Program-made: the position numbers and the translations under genes
Shown: piece after piece, positions 63,460-64,000 of the stretch
Numbering within the stretch: the stretch's first letter is position 1
Layout of the letters: each line of letters begins with the position of its first letter
Notes under the pieces: generated by a model
The model's database searches: none
The model's input: only the letters and a program-made list of their open reading frames with translations
What the model was told of the DNA's origin: nothing
Assembly (NCBI RefSeq): GCF_002571385.2
Contig: NW_019217794.1
Span: 1,314,116 to 1,378,115 of the forward strand
Direction of reading: 5' to 3'
Length of the DNA: 64,000 bases
Source of the DNA: Stylophora pistillata
Taxonomy: Eukaryota

Positions 63460-63702
63460 ATAAAGGCTGATAGTTTCTAAAGACACTGTTTGGGGCTGTG
63501 TCGGTGGAGGTAACGAAATAATTTGGATATATCAACAAAGTTGAAATGGTAATTTGGCCACCGTAACGATTACAAAAGCTGACGTTTCGAGCGTTAGCCC
63601 TTCGTCGGAGCGAATGACGAAGGACTAATGCTCAAAACGTCAGCTTTTGTAATTGTTACGGTGGCCAATTTACCATTTTAACTTTGTTGATATATCCAAA
63701 TT
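63460..63702. mobile_element. Penelope-like terminal remnant forming a ~180-bp palindrome
   Basis: 63460-63615 matches 49450-49605; 63520-63606 is complementary to 63616-63702. Confidence 0.75.
63578..63611 (-). ncRNA. Minimal type I hammerhead ribozyme-like motif (variant core)
   Basis: Minus strand GCT CCGACGA A GGGC TAAC GCTC GAAA CGTC AGC has helix I, helix II and the catalytic boxes, with CCGACGA instead of CUGANGA. Confidence 0.55.
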
Positions 63703-64000
63703 AAAAAAAAAAAGATGACACCAGGGACAATTAGGACAATAAACTGCGTCTTTAGTTTAAAGCACCAACATTAGCAGCAACGTACGCGGCATTGTCCGCC
63801 GAGCAACGTTTATTTCAGCTTCAAAGCTGGATATATTAGATGACTCAAATGCACGGCCGTTGATACTCTATAATGGCAATAAACACGGCCGCGGTTTCAA
63901 TACAAGAAATATTTTAAGTTATAATCATTGAATTGGAGCTATCAAGTCAGAGGCACGAAGGAACCAGTAGTTCCTACGTCGAAATTTCATATTTCTTTCT

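Overview
AT-rich, intron-containing eukaryotic scaffold with N gaps. It is most likely a scleractinian coral (inferred from the repeat families and gene content, not from a search). The window holds a cluster of paralogous secreted-protein genes that I reconstructed by hand from GT-AG splice sites and reading phase. The general layout is signal peptide, optional Ly6/uPAR three-finger domain with a Thr/Pro stalk, then one or two CUB domains. Nearly every CUB carries a long Asp-rich insertion, flanked by Arg/Lys-rich segments, at the same position. Six gene models are supported: A (-), B (+), C (-), B' (-), A' (+) and D (-). About 250-20820 is an inverted duplicate of about 33765-59210, so A/A' and B/B' are twins. 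The left arm also carries dead remnants of C (exon 1 with ATG>CTG) and D. The spacer holds most of gene C and two frameshifted rhodopsin-like GPCR pseudogenes. Mobile DNA includes LINE 3' fragments, a tRNA-SINE with interchangeable tails, a second tRNA-like repeat, and Penelope-like remnants with hammerhead ribozyme motifs. The leading hypothesis is a biomineralisation (skeletal organic matrix) gene cluster of acidic-loop CUB proteins.
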